A DNA stretch of 64,000 nucleotides from an uncultured cyanobacterium. Lineage in GTDB: Bacteria; Cyanobacteriota; Cyanobacteriia; PCC-6307; Cyanobiaceae. Both the position numbers and the translations under genes were made by a program. Below are positions 19,176 through 29,889 of the stretch, one piece after another. The notes beneath the pieces were generated by a model. That model had not been told where the DNA came from, ran no database searches, and saw only the letters and a program-made list of their open reading frames with translations. The stretch lies in contig CAVXWZ010000002.1 of assembly GCA_963765575.1 (NCBI GenBank), positions 480,001 to 544,000 of the forward strand, in the 5' to 3' direction. Position 1 is the stretch's first letter. Each line of letters opens with the position of its first letter.

Positions 19176-20750
19176 TCATTCATCATCACTGGTTCTTGCC
19201 GGCAAAGCGAGAGCAGACCTGACGTGGTGAATGGTCACGTCGCGCTTCAGGGCAGTTGCCAGCACTTGGCAGGTTCGTTGCGCAGCCCAGACTTCCAGGT
19301 CTAGAATGCCAGTGCCACAAAGCATGATCTTCACAACATCATCAGAAATCTCACAGGACACCGACATGACCCGTTGACTCCTGGCTTTGTCCAGACTCAC
19401 CGCGATTCGGAGGATCCCTGAGAGAATACGAATACGCTGACGATCAGCCTTGGATCGCTTCCTGAAACGCCGATGGTGCTTGCTTGGCGCCGCCTTGCAG
19501 TGATAGCGGGTTAAATCAGCAAGCAATGAGATGTCGCCATCCGTGAAGCCCCGGGGGAGGGTTCGGCGAATAATGTCTCGCGAGTTTTTGTGGTGCTTCC
19601 GATAGGAGATGAATGTCCCAATGTCATGGAGCAAGGCCGAGAACTTCAGCAGGTCACGCTCGGAGTTAGTGAAATGGTGCAGAGACTGTGTTTGATCAAA
19701 CAACTGCAGGGCCAACTCAGCGATATGCTCATTTCGCCGTAGGTCAGACTCATACTTTGCAGCCAGTTGAGCTGCCTTGCGATAGCGCAGGCCACCTTGA
19801 ACTGGGAACGAGGCGGGCCTCTGCGGATGTTGCTCGAGATAATCCAAGATCATTCCCTCGCGCAGGGAAGCATCGCAAAGGATGATTTCTGTGGCGCCAA
19901 CCATCTCCAAGAGCTGCACAAGCAATAGGCCGCCCAGATGGATAGCGTCGATACGTTTTTCGCTGATTCCCGCGAATTTTGAACGATCTTCTGCCGTGCT
20001 TTCAAGCAACTCCTTGGTCAGGCTGTGAATATCTTTAAGTTGCACAGTTTCGGCATTGACCGATTGCCAGGATTCTCCGCCAGAGTAGCGATGGGCAGCT
20101 GCTCCCAGCGTGCGAATCGAACCCGATGTGCCGATCACCTGCGTGAAGCCAATCTCCTGAATCTGGTCGATCGCATGCTCAGCGACAAATTGGATATGGG
20201 CTTCCAGCACGTGGCGACTGTCATGGCCAACCGGGCCTGAACTGCCGACCATGTCGAGCAAGCGCAGCACACCCAGCTGCAGGCTCTCACTGAAGAACAG
20301 GCCATGGCGATGACCAATCACGGCTTCCGTGCTGCCACCACCAATATCAAAGAGCAGGGCTGGCTGATCCTCAAGTGGTATGGAGTTGCGCACAGCAAGC
20401 AGAATCAAACGAGCTTCCTCTCTGCCTGAGATGATTCTGGGCGCCAGGCCGGTACGGCGCGCCAGCTGGTTCAAGAATGCCTCACCGTTCTGCGCTTCAC
20501 GAATGGCACTCGTCGCCGCTGTCATCACCTCATCAACCCCCAGATATTCGGCCAGCTGCACATAGCGCTCAAGCACGTCCAAACCAGTGTCAAAAGCGCG
20601 ATTGCTGAGGCGACCATTCGCAAACACCCCAGCCCCAAGCTTGACCATCTCCTTTTCACGCTCGATCACTTCAAAGTTTCGCTGCGCGATCACTTCAACG
20701 ATGATCATATGGATGGAGTTCGAACCAATATCGATCGCGGCGAGCTTCAT
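19176..20750 (-). CDS. ppx: Ppx/GppA exopolyphosphatase with HD domain
   Basis: AAIDIGSNS, ATSAIREA, G.EEA, DIGGGSTE, LREG and LLHDIG motifs. Confidence 0.9.
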   Translation of the reverse strand: MKLAAIDIGSNSIHMIIVEVIAQRNFEVIEREKEMVKLGAGVFANGRLSNRAFDTGLDVLERYVQLAEYLGVDEVMTAATSAIREAQNGEAFLNQLARRTGLAPRIISGREEARLILLAVRNSIPLEDQPALLFDIGGGSTEAVIGHRHGLFFSESLQLGVLRLLDMVGSSGPVGHDSRHVLEAHIQFVAEHAIDQIQEIGFTQVIGTSGSIRTLGAAAHRYSGGESWQSVNAETVQLKDIHSLTKELLESTAEDRSKFAGISEKRIDAIHLGGLLLVQLLEMVGATEIILCDASLREGMILDYLEQHPQRPASFPVQGGLRYRKAAQLAAKYESDLRRNEHIAELALQLFDQTQSLHHFTNSERDLLKFSALLHDIGTFISYRKHHKNSRDIIRRTLPRGFTDGDISLLADLTRYHCKAAPSKHHRRFRKRSKADRQRIRILSGILRIAVSLDKARSQRVMSVSCEISDDVVKIMLCGTGILDLEVWAAQRTCQVLATALKRDVTIHHVRSALALPARTSDDE

Positions 20751-21072
20751 TGATCTGCCAAGGCATATGTTTTGACCATTCTGATGCTATAGGTTGGCCC
20801 AGGAAAAGTCTAGAATTACGCGGATCAGAAGGCCTTCCCTCTCAGCTTGAGCAGCCCACTGCTCAACAACAGCCGATTGGAGCGGCCGGGCTGGAGCCAG
20901 CTCGTCGCCATGTCATAAGAAGCTGGTGCCTTCATCTTGAGGGTCGCTCTGACCCTATCGGCGCTGACTGACAGTCTGGTCGCAACAACGGGCGAAATCG
21001 ATCTGCCTTAGTCCGGGTCACTTTAGTCTTGAACCGTCTCGGCCTGCGCTACCACTGCCCATACTCAGGCAC

Positions 21073-22050
21073 TCATTCTGGTATGGGCTTTTGGGGTGGA
21101 TCAGCGTTAGCGGAGAGTAAAGCCTGCAGGGCCGGCAGCTGCTGCTTCATGCTGGTATAGCCGCGGCAGATGATCTGCTGAGCCTTGTGAAAGTCAAAGA
21201 TGGCGTAATCGTTTAAGCGTGGCTCGATCAGCAGATCTGGGCTGTGTGCTTCGAGTCGGCTGCGGGTGACTTGCTGTTCCATCACATTCAGCGAGCTGCC
21301 GATCACCTCAAAGATGTTCGGACATGGATCGTCATCGACGAACCAGCGGTCAACTTTGGCGTGCAGATCCTGCTCTAGATCCAAGTAGCGTTCGCTGAGA
21401 TTCTTGAGGAATGATTGTTTGCGCAGCTCTCCCGCCTCACTGCTGGCTCGTCTGGGCTGATCCTCTACCCCAGCATCGTCTTGTGGATCCTCTGAGTGCC
21501 CTACGCCATTGCTGTTGAGATTCACGGCGATCACCACCTCAGCACCCATCGCCCTGGCCACGTCCACCGGGACAGGATTGACAAGGCCGCCATCCCCTAG
21601 GAACAGATCACCACGGCAAAATGGCGTAAAGATCCCCGGCACAGAGATGCTGGCTCTGACCGCATCCACCATCGCCCCTGAGCGGAGTTGCACCTCCTCT
21701 CCTTTGAGCAGATCGGTGGCAATACAACAGAACGCGATCTCGGATTCCTCAATCTTCATCCCCTGAATGCGATCGGACAGCAGGTCGTAAATCTTGTTGC
21801 CATCCAGCAGGCCGCAGGTGGGGAAAACCAGGTCGAAGTAGGTGAGCATGTCTTTCCAGCTCAGATCGCTGATGAAGTCTTCCAGTTCATCCAGCTCACC
21901 GGCGCAATGGATGGCGCCAACCAGAGCGCCGATGCTGGCCCCAGAAATGCAATCAATCCTGATCCCAGCCTCCTGAAGCGCTCGCAGCACACCGATGTGC
22001 GCCCAACCCCTGGCACCACCGCTTCCCAGGGCCAGGCCAATGCTTGTCAT
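21073..22050 (-). CDS. Patatin-like phospholipase (RssA family)
   Basis: LGSGGARGWAHIG, GASIG and DGGLVNPVP motifs. Confidence 0.9.
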   Translation of the reverse strand: MTSIGLALGSGGARGWAHIGVLRALQEAGIRIDCISGASIGALVGAIHCAGELDELEDFISDLSWKDMLTYFDLVFPTCGLLDGNKIYDLLSDRIQGMKIEESEIAFCCIATDLLKGEEVQLRSGAMVDAVRASISVPGIFTPFCRGDLFLGDGGLVNPVPVDVARAMGAEVVIAVNLNSNGVGHSEDPQDDAGVEDQPRRASSEAGELRKQSFLKNLSERYLDLEQDLHAKVDRWFVDDDPCPNIFEVIGSSLNVMEQQVTRSRLEAHSPDLLIEPRLNDYAIFDFHKAQQIICRGYTSMKQQLPALQALLSANADPPQKPIPE

Positions 22051-22224
22051 GCTGAGATCACGCCGGTGATCGTGGCAGCCATCCCTGAGTGCAGGCGGCA
22101 ACTGAATGCATTCATTGACTTCGAGCAGGTGATGTTTGAAGCAGTGAACGCAAGATCAATTGCAATGCGACAATCTGATTGTTTTCGCTCAAGCCTATGG
22201 CCATTTCATAGGGCAGCAAGCGAA

Positions 22225-23326
22225 TCAGCAGAGGTTGTTGATCTGCCGATAGGCGCCCCAGAAGCGCTCCATCTGCTCGCTTGTGCCGATGCTGACGCGC
22301 AGGGAGCCGTCGATCAGCGGCTTGCCCGCCATCGAGCGCACGAGGATGCCGGCGTCGCGCAGGCGGGCCTCCACCTGCGCGGCCGGATTCTCAGGCCAGA
22401 TCAGCAGGTAGTTGCCGCCGGCGGCGTGGTGGCGCACCCCCGCGGCCTGCAGCTGGGCCACCAGCCAGTGGCGGGCGCGCAGCACCTCGGCCACGTAGGC
22501 ATCGGTGTAGGGCTGATCGGCCAGGGCAGCGAAGGCGGCGGTGACGGCGAAGCTGTTGATGTCGTAGGGCCCGGTGACGCGGCTGAGGCGATCGATCACC
22601 GGCGCAGCGCCGATGGCGAAACCGATGCGCAACCCGGCCAGCCCGGCCGTCTTGGCCAGGGACCGCAACACCACCAGGTTGGGGGTGGCGTTGAAGTCGG
22701 CCAGGGGCAGCAGGCTGTCACCGGTGAAGGCCTCATAGAGCTCATCCACCACCACCAGGGTGTGGGGGCCGGCCGCCGCCAGCGCCAGGATCTCCCGCGG
22801 CGCCAGGCGGGTGCCGGTGGGGTTGTTGGGGTTGCAGATCAGCAGCAGCCGGGGCCAGGGCTCATCCACCAGGGCCCGCCGAATCGCTGCCAGCGGGAAG
22901 CCAAACTGATCCCCCTCGTAGGGGATCGCCTCAATACCCATGCCCTGCATGCGGGCGCAGGGGGAGTAGTAGCCGAAGGTGGGGGTGGTGGTGAGCAGGG
23001 TGTCACCACGCTCGCCGTAGGCCTGGAAGAGGGCGTGGATGGCCCCGTCGGCGCCATTGAACAGGCCGATCTGATTGGGGTTGAGGGGATGGGCCAGCGC
23101 CCCCCCGGCCAGATTGGCCACCATCGCCTCACGCAGGCCGTCGTATTCGGGATAGGTGGCGATCTGGTCGGCGGGAATGGCCCGCAACGCCGCCGCCACC
23201 CTGGGGCTGGGGCCGATGGTGTTCTCGTTGAAATCGAGCCGCAGCAGGCCGCGCCGCCCCTCCAGCGGTGCGCTGTAGGCCTGCAGGTCTCTCCACCTCC
23301 TGGCGCGCCGGGGGGAAGGGGTTCAT
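22225..23326 (-). CDS. hisC: Histidinol-phosphate aminotransferase; apparent extra base at ~23287
   Basis: AYSAPLEGRRGLLRLDFNEN, NPNNPTG, DELY and RSLAKTAGLAGLRIG motifs. The N-terminal MNPFPPARQEVER lies in another frame. Confidence 0.88.
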
Positions 23327-23461
23327 GGCTGGGACTGATCGCCCGCAGTGCCGTGACGATCTCGATGATGCCCGAACCTGGTCACGCGGTGGAACCGTTG
23401 CGCTAAGCCAACCCAGCGTAGAAGTGCAAGGGACCAATGCTGCCCTTGGCCATCCTCAAGC

Positions 23462-24756
23462 TCAAGGGGAGGGCCAGATGTCATCCTCACCCAGTGTCTG
23501 AAAGGATGCCTCAAGACGATCAACGGCACCGCCCACACCTCCTGACGCCTCCATATCAGCCTGCAGGCGCTGCGCCTTGTCCCGGTAGGTGGGATTGCTG
23601 AGCACTTCAGACACCAGGACCGTCAGCCGGTGGATGTCGAGCTGTCCCAGCGGTATGACACACTCGGCACCACTGTAGGCAACGCGGGCCGCTATCCCTG
23701 GCTGTTCGTTGGTGATCGGGATCGCCACGAGCGCCACACCACAGCCTATGGCTGTCAGCGTGGTGTTGAAGCCGGCATGGGTGATCACCAGCGCCGATCG
23801 GGCGATCAACTGTTGATGCGGTGCATAGGACACCACCAACGGTTGACCGGGCAAATCCAGCGGCATGGCGGATGGGTTACCCATCGAGATCACCAGCTGG
23901 GCATCCAAAGGAGCGCAAGCGGCAGCAATCTGTGCAGACAGCTCCGGGCGTCGGTTCTGCAATGTGCCCAGCGACGCATAAATCAGGGGGCGTCCATCCA
24001 ATCGCTCCCACGGAAAGGACACGGCATCACGGAGCAGCGGCTCGCGGCCGGAGGGATCCGCAAGGCGTCCCACATAGTGGAAGTGGGGCGCCAGCCGTTC
24101 GCGGGGAAAATCAAAGCCGGGCGGCAGCTGAGCCAACTGCAGCAACGGCGAGTAGCTCTGCTCCCGGCACCGATGGCGCCTCAGCCCCCAGCATTGCCGC
24201 TGCTCTTGAAGGCCTCGCCACAACGGAGCGGTGAGCCAGTTCAGCAGGATGTTGCCGATCTGGTTACGCCAGCGGGTCCACGGCGCGTTGCTTGGCAACC
24301 AACCCGTGGGATAAGGAGGGACTGCTGGCTCGCAGTTCACTGGTAACGCATTGGAGATGGTCACAAACGGCACTCCGAGTTTTTCGGCTACCGATGCACC
24401 TGCTGGGCAGATCTGATCCACCAGGAGAAGCTGGATGCCGGCCAGCGCTACTGCAGCCGTAAGCTCCTGGTGCAGCATGTCCATCTCACGTTGGAGGTAG
24501 GCCAGCGTGAAGCGCAGTCCGGCCAGGCCGCTGAGTCGGCCGAGCTGGGCATAGGCCTCATCAACGTCGCCGGGGGGAAGGCCTCGGTGCCAATCGTCAC
24601 CACCTCCAGCGGCAGCCCAGACAGTTTCCGAGCCCCATCGGCCACGGTGAACAGCACCACATCGTGGTGTCGCCGCATGAGCTCCAGCGCCAGGGCCACC
24701 ATGGGATTGAGATGGCCGATGGCGGGCGGAACCACAATGCCAAAGCGATGGTTCAT
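23462..24756 (-). CDS. GT1/MGT-family glycosyltransferase (CrtX-like), frameshifted at a G6 run (24572-24577)
   Basis: PAIGHLNPM N-terminus; YASLGTLQ, PHQQL, HAGFNTT and EQPGIAAR in the second frame. Confidence 0.8.
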
Positions 24757-25165
24757 TGGTCAGCAGTTTTGTTCTTCAAGGAGCCATTCAATAGCTATGA
24801 TCGAGCAAATTACATGGAACACAGAGTCTAGTTTTCATCTGGTTCATTGAGGCGACCACTGTCTGACGTGAGAAATTATCTACAACATCAGTTTTGCGAA
24901 AGGTTTTGCTGTTGCCAGCGATCCCTTGGGCCATCGAGCCTCTGGCAGGTCATCCCTCAACCCAATCAACCTCCCAACCGTTGCCAAGCACAGACAGAGG
25001 ACCCGCAAGAGCCCTCGCACGATTGACAACCGATCATCTCCTGGCTAGACATAGGATTGACATTTTAGCAGACGCATCCTACGTGGAGACCTGCTAATTC
25101 TAAAGTCTCCATGCGGATCAAGTCGCAGACTCAAGCCGCACTCTGCCCCGAAAGATTCCCGATCA

Positions 25166-25945
25166 ATGGCTCTAAAATGTCCCCGCTGTCGTAGCAAGTC
25201 AGTACGCCACGACAGAAGCCTGGGTGGCAGGGCCGTCTGTTCGGTGTGTGGAACGCCAATGGTTGAGCCAAAGCCAAGCGCCTGGCGACTTCGAACGCAT
25301 GCTCTAGGGGCACAAGGTCAATGGCTGCAATCAAAAAGCATTAGGAATCTAATCGCATGGCTACTACCAATCAGCCTGGTTGGTTCTTATGTCTATCTAA
25401 TGGCGAATCCAAGGGCAGTTTCCCATTGGATAGCCCCATACAGTCCGGCCAGCAAAAATGACTGGTGGATCAAGACACCTGCGGACGTGGAGCTTTTGAT
25501 TGGTGAAGCCCAAAAGGGTGATGGGGAGGATGTGGAACAGTCAGTTCACGCCACGACTCGGGAGCTGATTTTTCTATTAAAAGATAAAGGTGTGCGCTTG
25601 TTAGTCAGTGAGCGAGTGACTGAGCATGCGGCCGGAGTATGGGATCCCAATAGGGCTGAAATCAGAATTCTTCCTTCAACCGTTGCCCTGGGAAGCCACG
25701 CTCTTGAAGAGGTTATTGCCCATGAGTCCGCACACGTAGCACAATCTTGTCGAGCTGGTGGCCTTGGCGAAGGCAGTGAGCCGATGGGGATCAAGGTGGA
25801 TGCTGCAGAAGTTTTTTTGCAACAACTCAGATCACCATTGTATGAAGGACCGGCTCCAGAGAAGGCGATCGAGTTAGAAGCCTTTTCCGTGGGTGCTAAC
25901 CCTCCATGGGCAATCAAACTTCTTGATTATTTCTGCAAGAGTTGA
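25166..25945 (+). CDS. Hypothetical protein: N-terminal zinc ribbon, TM helix and HExxH metallopeptidase-like domain
   Basis: CPRC...CSVC, a hydrophobic LIAWLLPISLVGSYVYL segment, AHESAH and a downstream ELEA. Confidence 0.65.
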   Translation: MALKCPRCRSKSVRHDRSLGGRAVCSVCGTPMVEPKPSAWRLRTHALGAQGQWLQSKSIRNLIAWLLPISLVGSYVYLMANPRAVSHWIAPYSPASKNDWWIKTPADVELLIGEAQKGDGEDVEQSVHATTRELIFLLKDKGVRLLVSERVTEHAAGVWDPNRAEIRILPSTVALGSHALEEVIAHESAHVAQSCRAGGLGEGSEPMGIKVDAAEVFLQQLRSPLYEGPAPEKAIELEAFSVGANPPWAIKLLDYFCKS

Positions 25946-26090
25946 CAGCTGTCCGCGGGCACGGCGTTTGCCCATCTCCATCCACCCCACACATCCCCTT
26001 GAGGACAGTGAGCCGGTCCATCGCAGCGATGGCGATGCCAGTTTGCGGAGCCCCGCCTGCAGGGTCTCAAGATCGGGATCAGCCAACCCA

Positions 26091-27902
26091 TCACATCCGC
26101 TCCAGGGTCGGGATCCCCAACAGCCCCAGCCCGAGTTTGAGCGTGGCAGCCGTGAGGTTGCAGAGCGCCAGCCGCGAGGAGCGGGCAGGCTCCTCGGCCT
26201 TGAGCACGGGCACCTGGTCGTAGAAGCGGTTGAACACCTGGCTGAGCTCGAACAGGTAGCTGCACAGCCGGTTGGGCAGCAGCTCCTCCTCCACCTCGGC
26301 AATCACCGCATCGAGCTTGAGCAGCTCCCGCGCCAGCGCCCACTCCTGGGGTTCACTGAAGCTCAGCTGGGCGGGCTGCCTCCGAGCCTCGATCCCCCCT
26401 TGCGGGCGATGCCGGCGATGCGCACCACGGAATAGAGCAGGTAGGGGGCCGTGTTGCCCTGCAGCGCCAGCATGCGATCGAAGCTGAACTGATAGTTGGT
26501 GCTGCGGTTCTGGCTGAGATCGGCGTACTTCACCGCCGCCAGGCCCACGGTGGTGGCCACCTGCTCGATGAAGGCCTCGTCTTCGCTGCGGCTCTTCCTC
26601 GCTGAGCCTTCGGCGCAGGTCGGCCTCGGCCCGCTCCACGGCCTCATCCAGCAGGTCGCGCAGGCGCACGGTGTCGCCGGCGCGGGTCTTCAGCTTCTTG
26701 CCGTCGTCGCCCTGCACCAGCCCGAAGGGCACATGCTCCAGGCGTGCCCCGGCCGGGATCCAGCCGGCCCTCTCGGCCACCTGGAACACCCCCGCGAAGT
26801 GGGCCGCCTGGCCCGCATCGGTCACGTAGATCACCCGCCGGGCGCCATCCCCCTCCGGCGGCGCCGCGAAGCGGTAGCGGATCGCGGCCAGGTCGGTGGT
26901 GGCGTAGTTGAAGCCGCCGTCGCGCTTCTGCACGATCACCGGCAGGGGCTTGCCGTCTTTTCCACTCACGCCTTCGAGGAACACGCAGCGGGCGCCGTCG
27001 TCGGTCACCAGCAGGCCACAGGCCTCCAGATCGGCCACCACCGCCCCCAGATAGCGGTTGTAGAACGACTCACCCCGCTCGCTCAGGTCGATGGCGAGGC
27101 GGTCGTAGAGCTTCTGAAACTCGCGGCGGCTCTGGTCGCACAGCAGCCCCCAGGCCTTCAGCGACACCGGATCGCCCCCCTGCAGCTTCACCACCTCCTC
27201 GCGGGAGCTGGCCTGGAAGGCGTCATCGGCATCGAAGCGGGCCTTGGCCTGGCGGTAGAAGGCCACCAGATCGCCCAGGTCCACCGCGTCGGCGGTGCTG
27301 AGGGCCTCCGGCGCCACCTGCTTGAGATGGGTGATCAGCATGCCGAACTGGGTGCCCCAGTCGCCCACGTGGTTGAGCCGCAGCACCGGATGGCCGCGAA
27401 ACTCCAGCACCCGGGCCAGGGAGTCGCCGATGATCGTGGAGCGCAGGTGCCCCACGTGCATCTCCTTGGCGATGTTGGGGCTGGAGAAGTCCACGATCAC
27501 CGGCGCCGGCGCTTCAGCGCCGGGCTCCCGCACGCTCGGCACCCCCAGGCGCGGATCATCCAGCCGCTGCGCCAGCTCGGCCGCCAGCCGCTCCGGCCGC
27601 AGGCTGAGGTTGATGAAGCCCGGGCCGGCAATCTGGGGCTCCAGGCAGAGCGCGGTGAAGACCGGATCGGCGGCCAGCTCGGCCACGATGGCGCTGGCGA
27701 TGGCCCGGGGTGCCTGCTTCAGCGGCTTGGCCAGGGGCAGGGCGCCGTTGGCCTGGAAGTCGCCGAATTCCGGCTTGCTGGCGGGGGCCAGCTGGGGGTC
27801 GAGGGCCTGGCCCCGGGCGGCGGCGGCGGCAGCGGCCGCCGGGTAGGCCCGCTCCATCGCCACCCGCAGGCTGGCGTTGAGCGCATGGAAGACCGACAGC
27901 AT
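26091..27902 (-). CDS. argS: Arginine--tRNA ligase; two compensating indels at roughly 26595 and 26400
   Basis: [36 protein letters not shown] and KKLKTRAG motifs. The conserved [11 protein letters not shown]...GNTAPYLLY block is in another frame. Confidence 0.95.
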   Translation of the reverse strand: MLSVFHALNASLRVAMERAYPAAAAAAAARGQALDPQLAPASKPEFGDFQANGALPLAKPLKQAPRAIASAIVAELAADPVFTALCLEPQIAGPGFINLSLRPERLAAELAQRLDDPRLGVPSVREPGAEAPAPVIVDFSSPNIAKEMHVGHLRSTIIGDSLARVLEFRGHPVLRLNHVGDWGTQFGMLITHLKQVAPEALSTADAVDLGDLVAFYRQAKARFDADDAFQASSREEVVKLQGGDPVSLKAWGLLCDQSRREFQKLYDRLAIDLSERGESFYNRYLGAVVADLEACGLLVTDDGARCVFLEGVSGKDGKPLPVIVQKRDGGFNYATTDLAAIRYRFAAPPEGDGARRVIYVTDAGQAAHFAGVFQVAERAGWIPAGARLEHVPFGLVQGDDGKKLKTRAGDTVRLRDLLDEAVERAEADLRRRLSEEEPQRRRGLHRAGGHHRGPGGGEVRRSQPEPQHQLSVQLRSHAGAAGQHGPLPALFRGAHRRHRPQGGIEARRQPAQLSFSEPQEWALARELLKLDAVIAEVEEELLPNRLCSYLFELSQVFNRFYDQVPVLKAEEPARSSRLALCNLTAATLKLGLGLLGIPTLERM

Positions 27903-28317
27903 GGAACAGGGAGGCGGCGGGCCCGGGGCAGACCCAGTGCCGATCATCCCTCCCGGCCCGCAGGCGGCGGGCCAGCCAGCAGGTCCAGGCGGGCGCCAAG
28001 CCGAGCCTCGGGCCAGGCACGGGGCCACGCTGAGAGTGACGGGCGCTGGCCGAAATCCAAGCCCAGCACAGGGTTGTTCACGGCGGACACGGTGCCCGGC
28101 ACGGCGGCGAACACCACCCCTGAGGGTTGACAGAATGGCCCATCCGTGGTGAAGTATTAGTATAAAGAATGTGGAAATTTCACTGCGTCAGCTCTCTTCT
28201 GGCCATTCCGCAGAGCCTGAAAGCACACTGCGGAGCCCCTTGTCCGCTGGACGCAGAACAATCTTCCGGCAGTCATTCTGAGCACAGCCGAAACGGCCAC
28301 AACAGGTGAAGGACAAC

Positions 28318-29889
28318 ATGACCAGTCAGTTGCAGGAACGTTCCGCCCAGGGGAGCACCACCATCACCACCCCATCCCCCGCACACCAACCTTCAACCGC
28401 GCCAGCCATGACCCGTGGCAACAGCAAGTTCGTACTCGTTTATCACCGTTCACCCTACGACCAGAAGGTTGACGCCAACGGCACAATCGAGTGGGTGGAC
28501 CAGAACAGTCCCAATGGCATCATTCCCACCCTGCGCAATCTTTTTCAGGAAGAACGGGGCGGCACCTGGATCTCCTGGCGTGAGGATGCGGAAGCGGCCA
28601 GCAGTGCCGATGAGCGCCTGGACATCGACAAAGACGGTCAATCATTCAGCCTGCGCCGCCTGCCCCTGACCCAGGAGCAGATCTCCAGTTTTTATCACGT
28701 CACCTCCAAGGAGTCGTTCTGGCCGATCCTGCACAGCTTCCCGGGGCTGTTCAGTGTCGACAACTCCGACTGGCCCATCTTTGAGGAGGTCAACCGGTCC
28801 TTCGCCCGCGCCGCCTGTGAGGAGGCCGCTGAGGGGGCCACGATCTGGATTCACGATTACAACCTCTGGCTGACGCCCGGTTACATCCGCGAGCAGCGGC
28901 CCGATGTCCGCATCGCCTTCTTCCACCACACGCCGTTCCCCTCCAACGACGTGTTCAGCATCCTGCCCTGGCGCGACGCGATTCTCGACAGTTTGTTGAG
29001 CTGTGACCTGGTGGGGTTCCATATCCCCCGCTATGCCAACAACTTCGCCCGCAACGCCATGAACCTGCGCGGGGTGCAGGGTGGCGATCCGATCCCGGTG
29101 GCGACCAAGTTCCGCCGCGTCGGCTGCGCCCTGGCCGAGCCCACCGCCATCCCCTGGCTGGAGCACGAGGGCCGCAGGGTGCACCTGCTGGCCTCGCCGG
29201 TGGGCACCTCCCCGGAGGCCCTGCGTGCCATCACCGCCAGCGACGAGGTGCGCACCATGGCCACCCAGATCGCCGAGCAGCACGAGGGCTGCAAGCTGAT
29301 CCTCTCGGCCTCCCGGGTGGACTACACCAAGGGCAACGAGGAGATGCTGCTGGCCTACGAGCGGCTGCTGGAACAGCGGCCCGAATGGCACGGCCGGGTG
29401 GAGCTGTTCCTGGCCTGCGTGGCCGCCGCCGGCGGCATGCGCATCTACGACGACATCCAGCGCTCGGTGGAGGAGATGGTGGGCCGCATCAACGGTCGCT
29501 TCGGGCGCATCGACTGGACCCCCATCCGCCTCTCCACCCGCCGGGTGCCCTACGAGGAACTGCTGGCCTGGTTCAGCGAGGCCGACGTCTGCTGGATCAC
29601 CCCCCTGCGCGACGGTCTCAACCTGGTGGCCAAGGAGTACGTCTCCGTGCGCCAGGGCCGCGGTGGTGCCCTGGTGCTCTCGGAGTTCACCGGCGTCTCG
29701 GTGGAGCTGGAGCAGGCCCTGCTCACCAACCCCTACTCCCACACCAGCATGGACCGGGCGATCGTGGCGGCCCTGGAGATGGCGCCGGAGGAGCAGCGCC
29801 AGCGCATGGCCGCCATGACCGGCACCGTGGAGACCTTCACCGTGCAGCACTGGGCCGAAGAACAGCTGGGGGCCCTGCGGGCGCTTTGA
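28318..29889 (+). CDS. ggpS: Glucosylglycerol-phosphate synthase (GT20; start uncertain)
   Basis: VYHRSPY, SPNGIIPTL, FWPILHSF, WIHDYNLWL, FFHHTPFP, RVDYTKG and DGLNLVAKEY motifs; glpD and glpK nearby. Confidence 0.9.
   Translation: MTSQLQERSAQGSTTITTPSPAHQPSTAPAMTRGNSKFVLVYHRSPYDQKVDANGTIEWVDQNSPNGIIPTLRNLFQEERGGTWISWREDAEAASSADERLDIDKDGQSFSLRRLPLTQEQISSFYHVTSKESFWPILHSFPGLFSVDNSDWPIFEEVNRSFARAACEEAAEGATIWIHDYNLWLTPGYIREQRPDVRIAFFHHTPFPSNDVFSILPWRDAILDSLLSCDLVGFHIPRYANNFARNAMNLRGVQGGDPIPVATKFRRVGCALAEPTAIPWLEHEGRRVHLLASPVGTSPEALRAITASDEVRTMATQIAEQHEGCKLILSASRVDYTKGNEEMLLAYERLLEQRPEWHGRVELFLACVAAAGGMRIYDDIQRSVEEMVGRINGRFGRIDWTPIRLSTRRVPYEELLAWFSEADVCWITPLRDGLNLVAKEYVSVRQGRGGALVLSEFTGVSVELEQALLTNPYSHTSMDRAIVAALEMAPEEQRQRMAAMTGTVETFTVQHWAEEQLGALRAL

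Noticed and set aside
6952..22050. The two patatins as a CBASS system
   Set aside because: There is no CD-NTase or Cap2/Cap3 gene, both look NTE/RssA-like, and they are in separate cassettes 12 kb apart.
14760..25945. Prophage, IS or integrative element explaining the low-GC blocks
   Set aside because: No integrase, transposase, phage gene, tRNA or att-like repeat is visible.
26091..27902. argS, hisC, menC and kdsA as pseudogenes or programmed frameshifts
   Set aside because: These are housekeeping genes with otherwise intact sequence and no recoding signals, so sequencing error is the simpler explanation.
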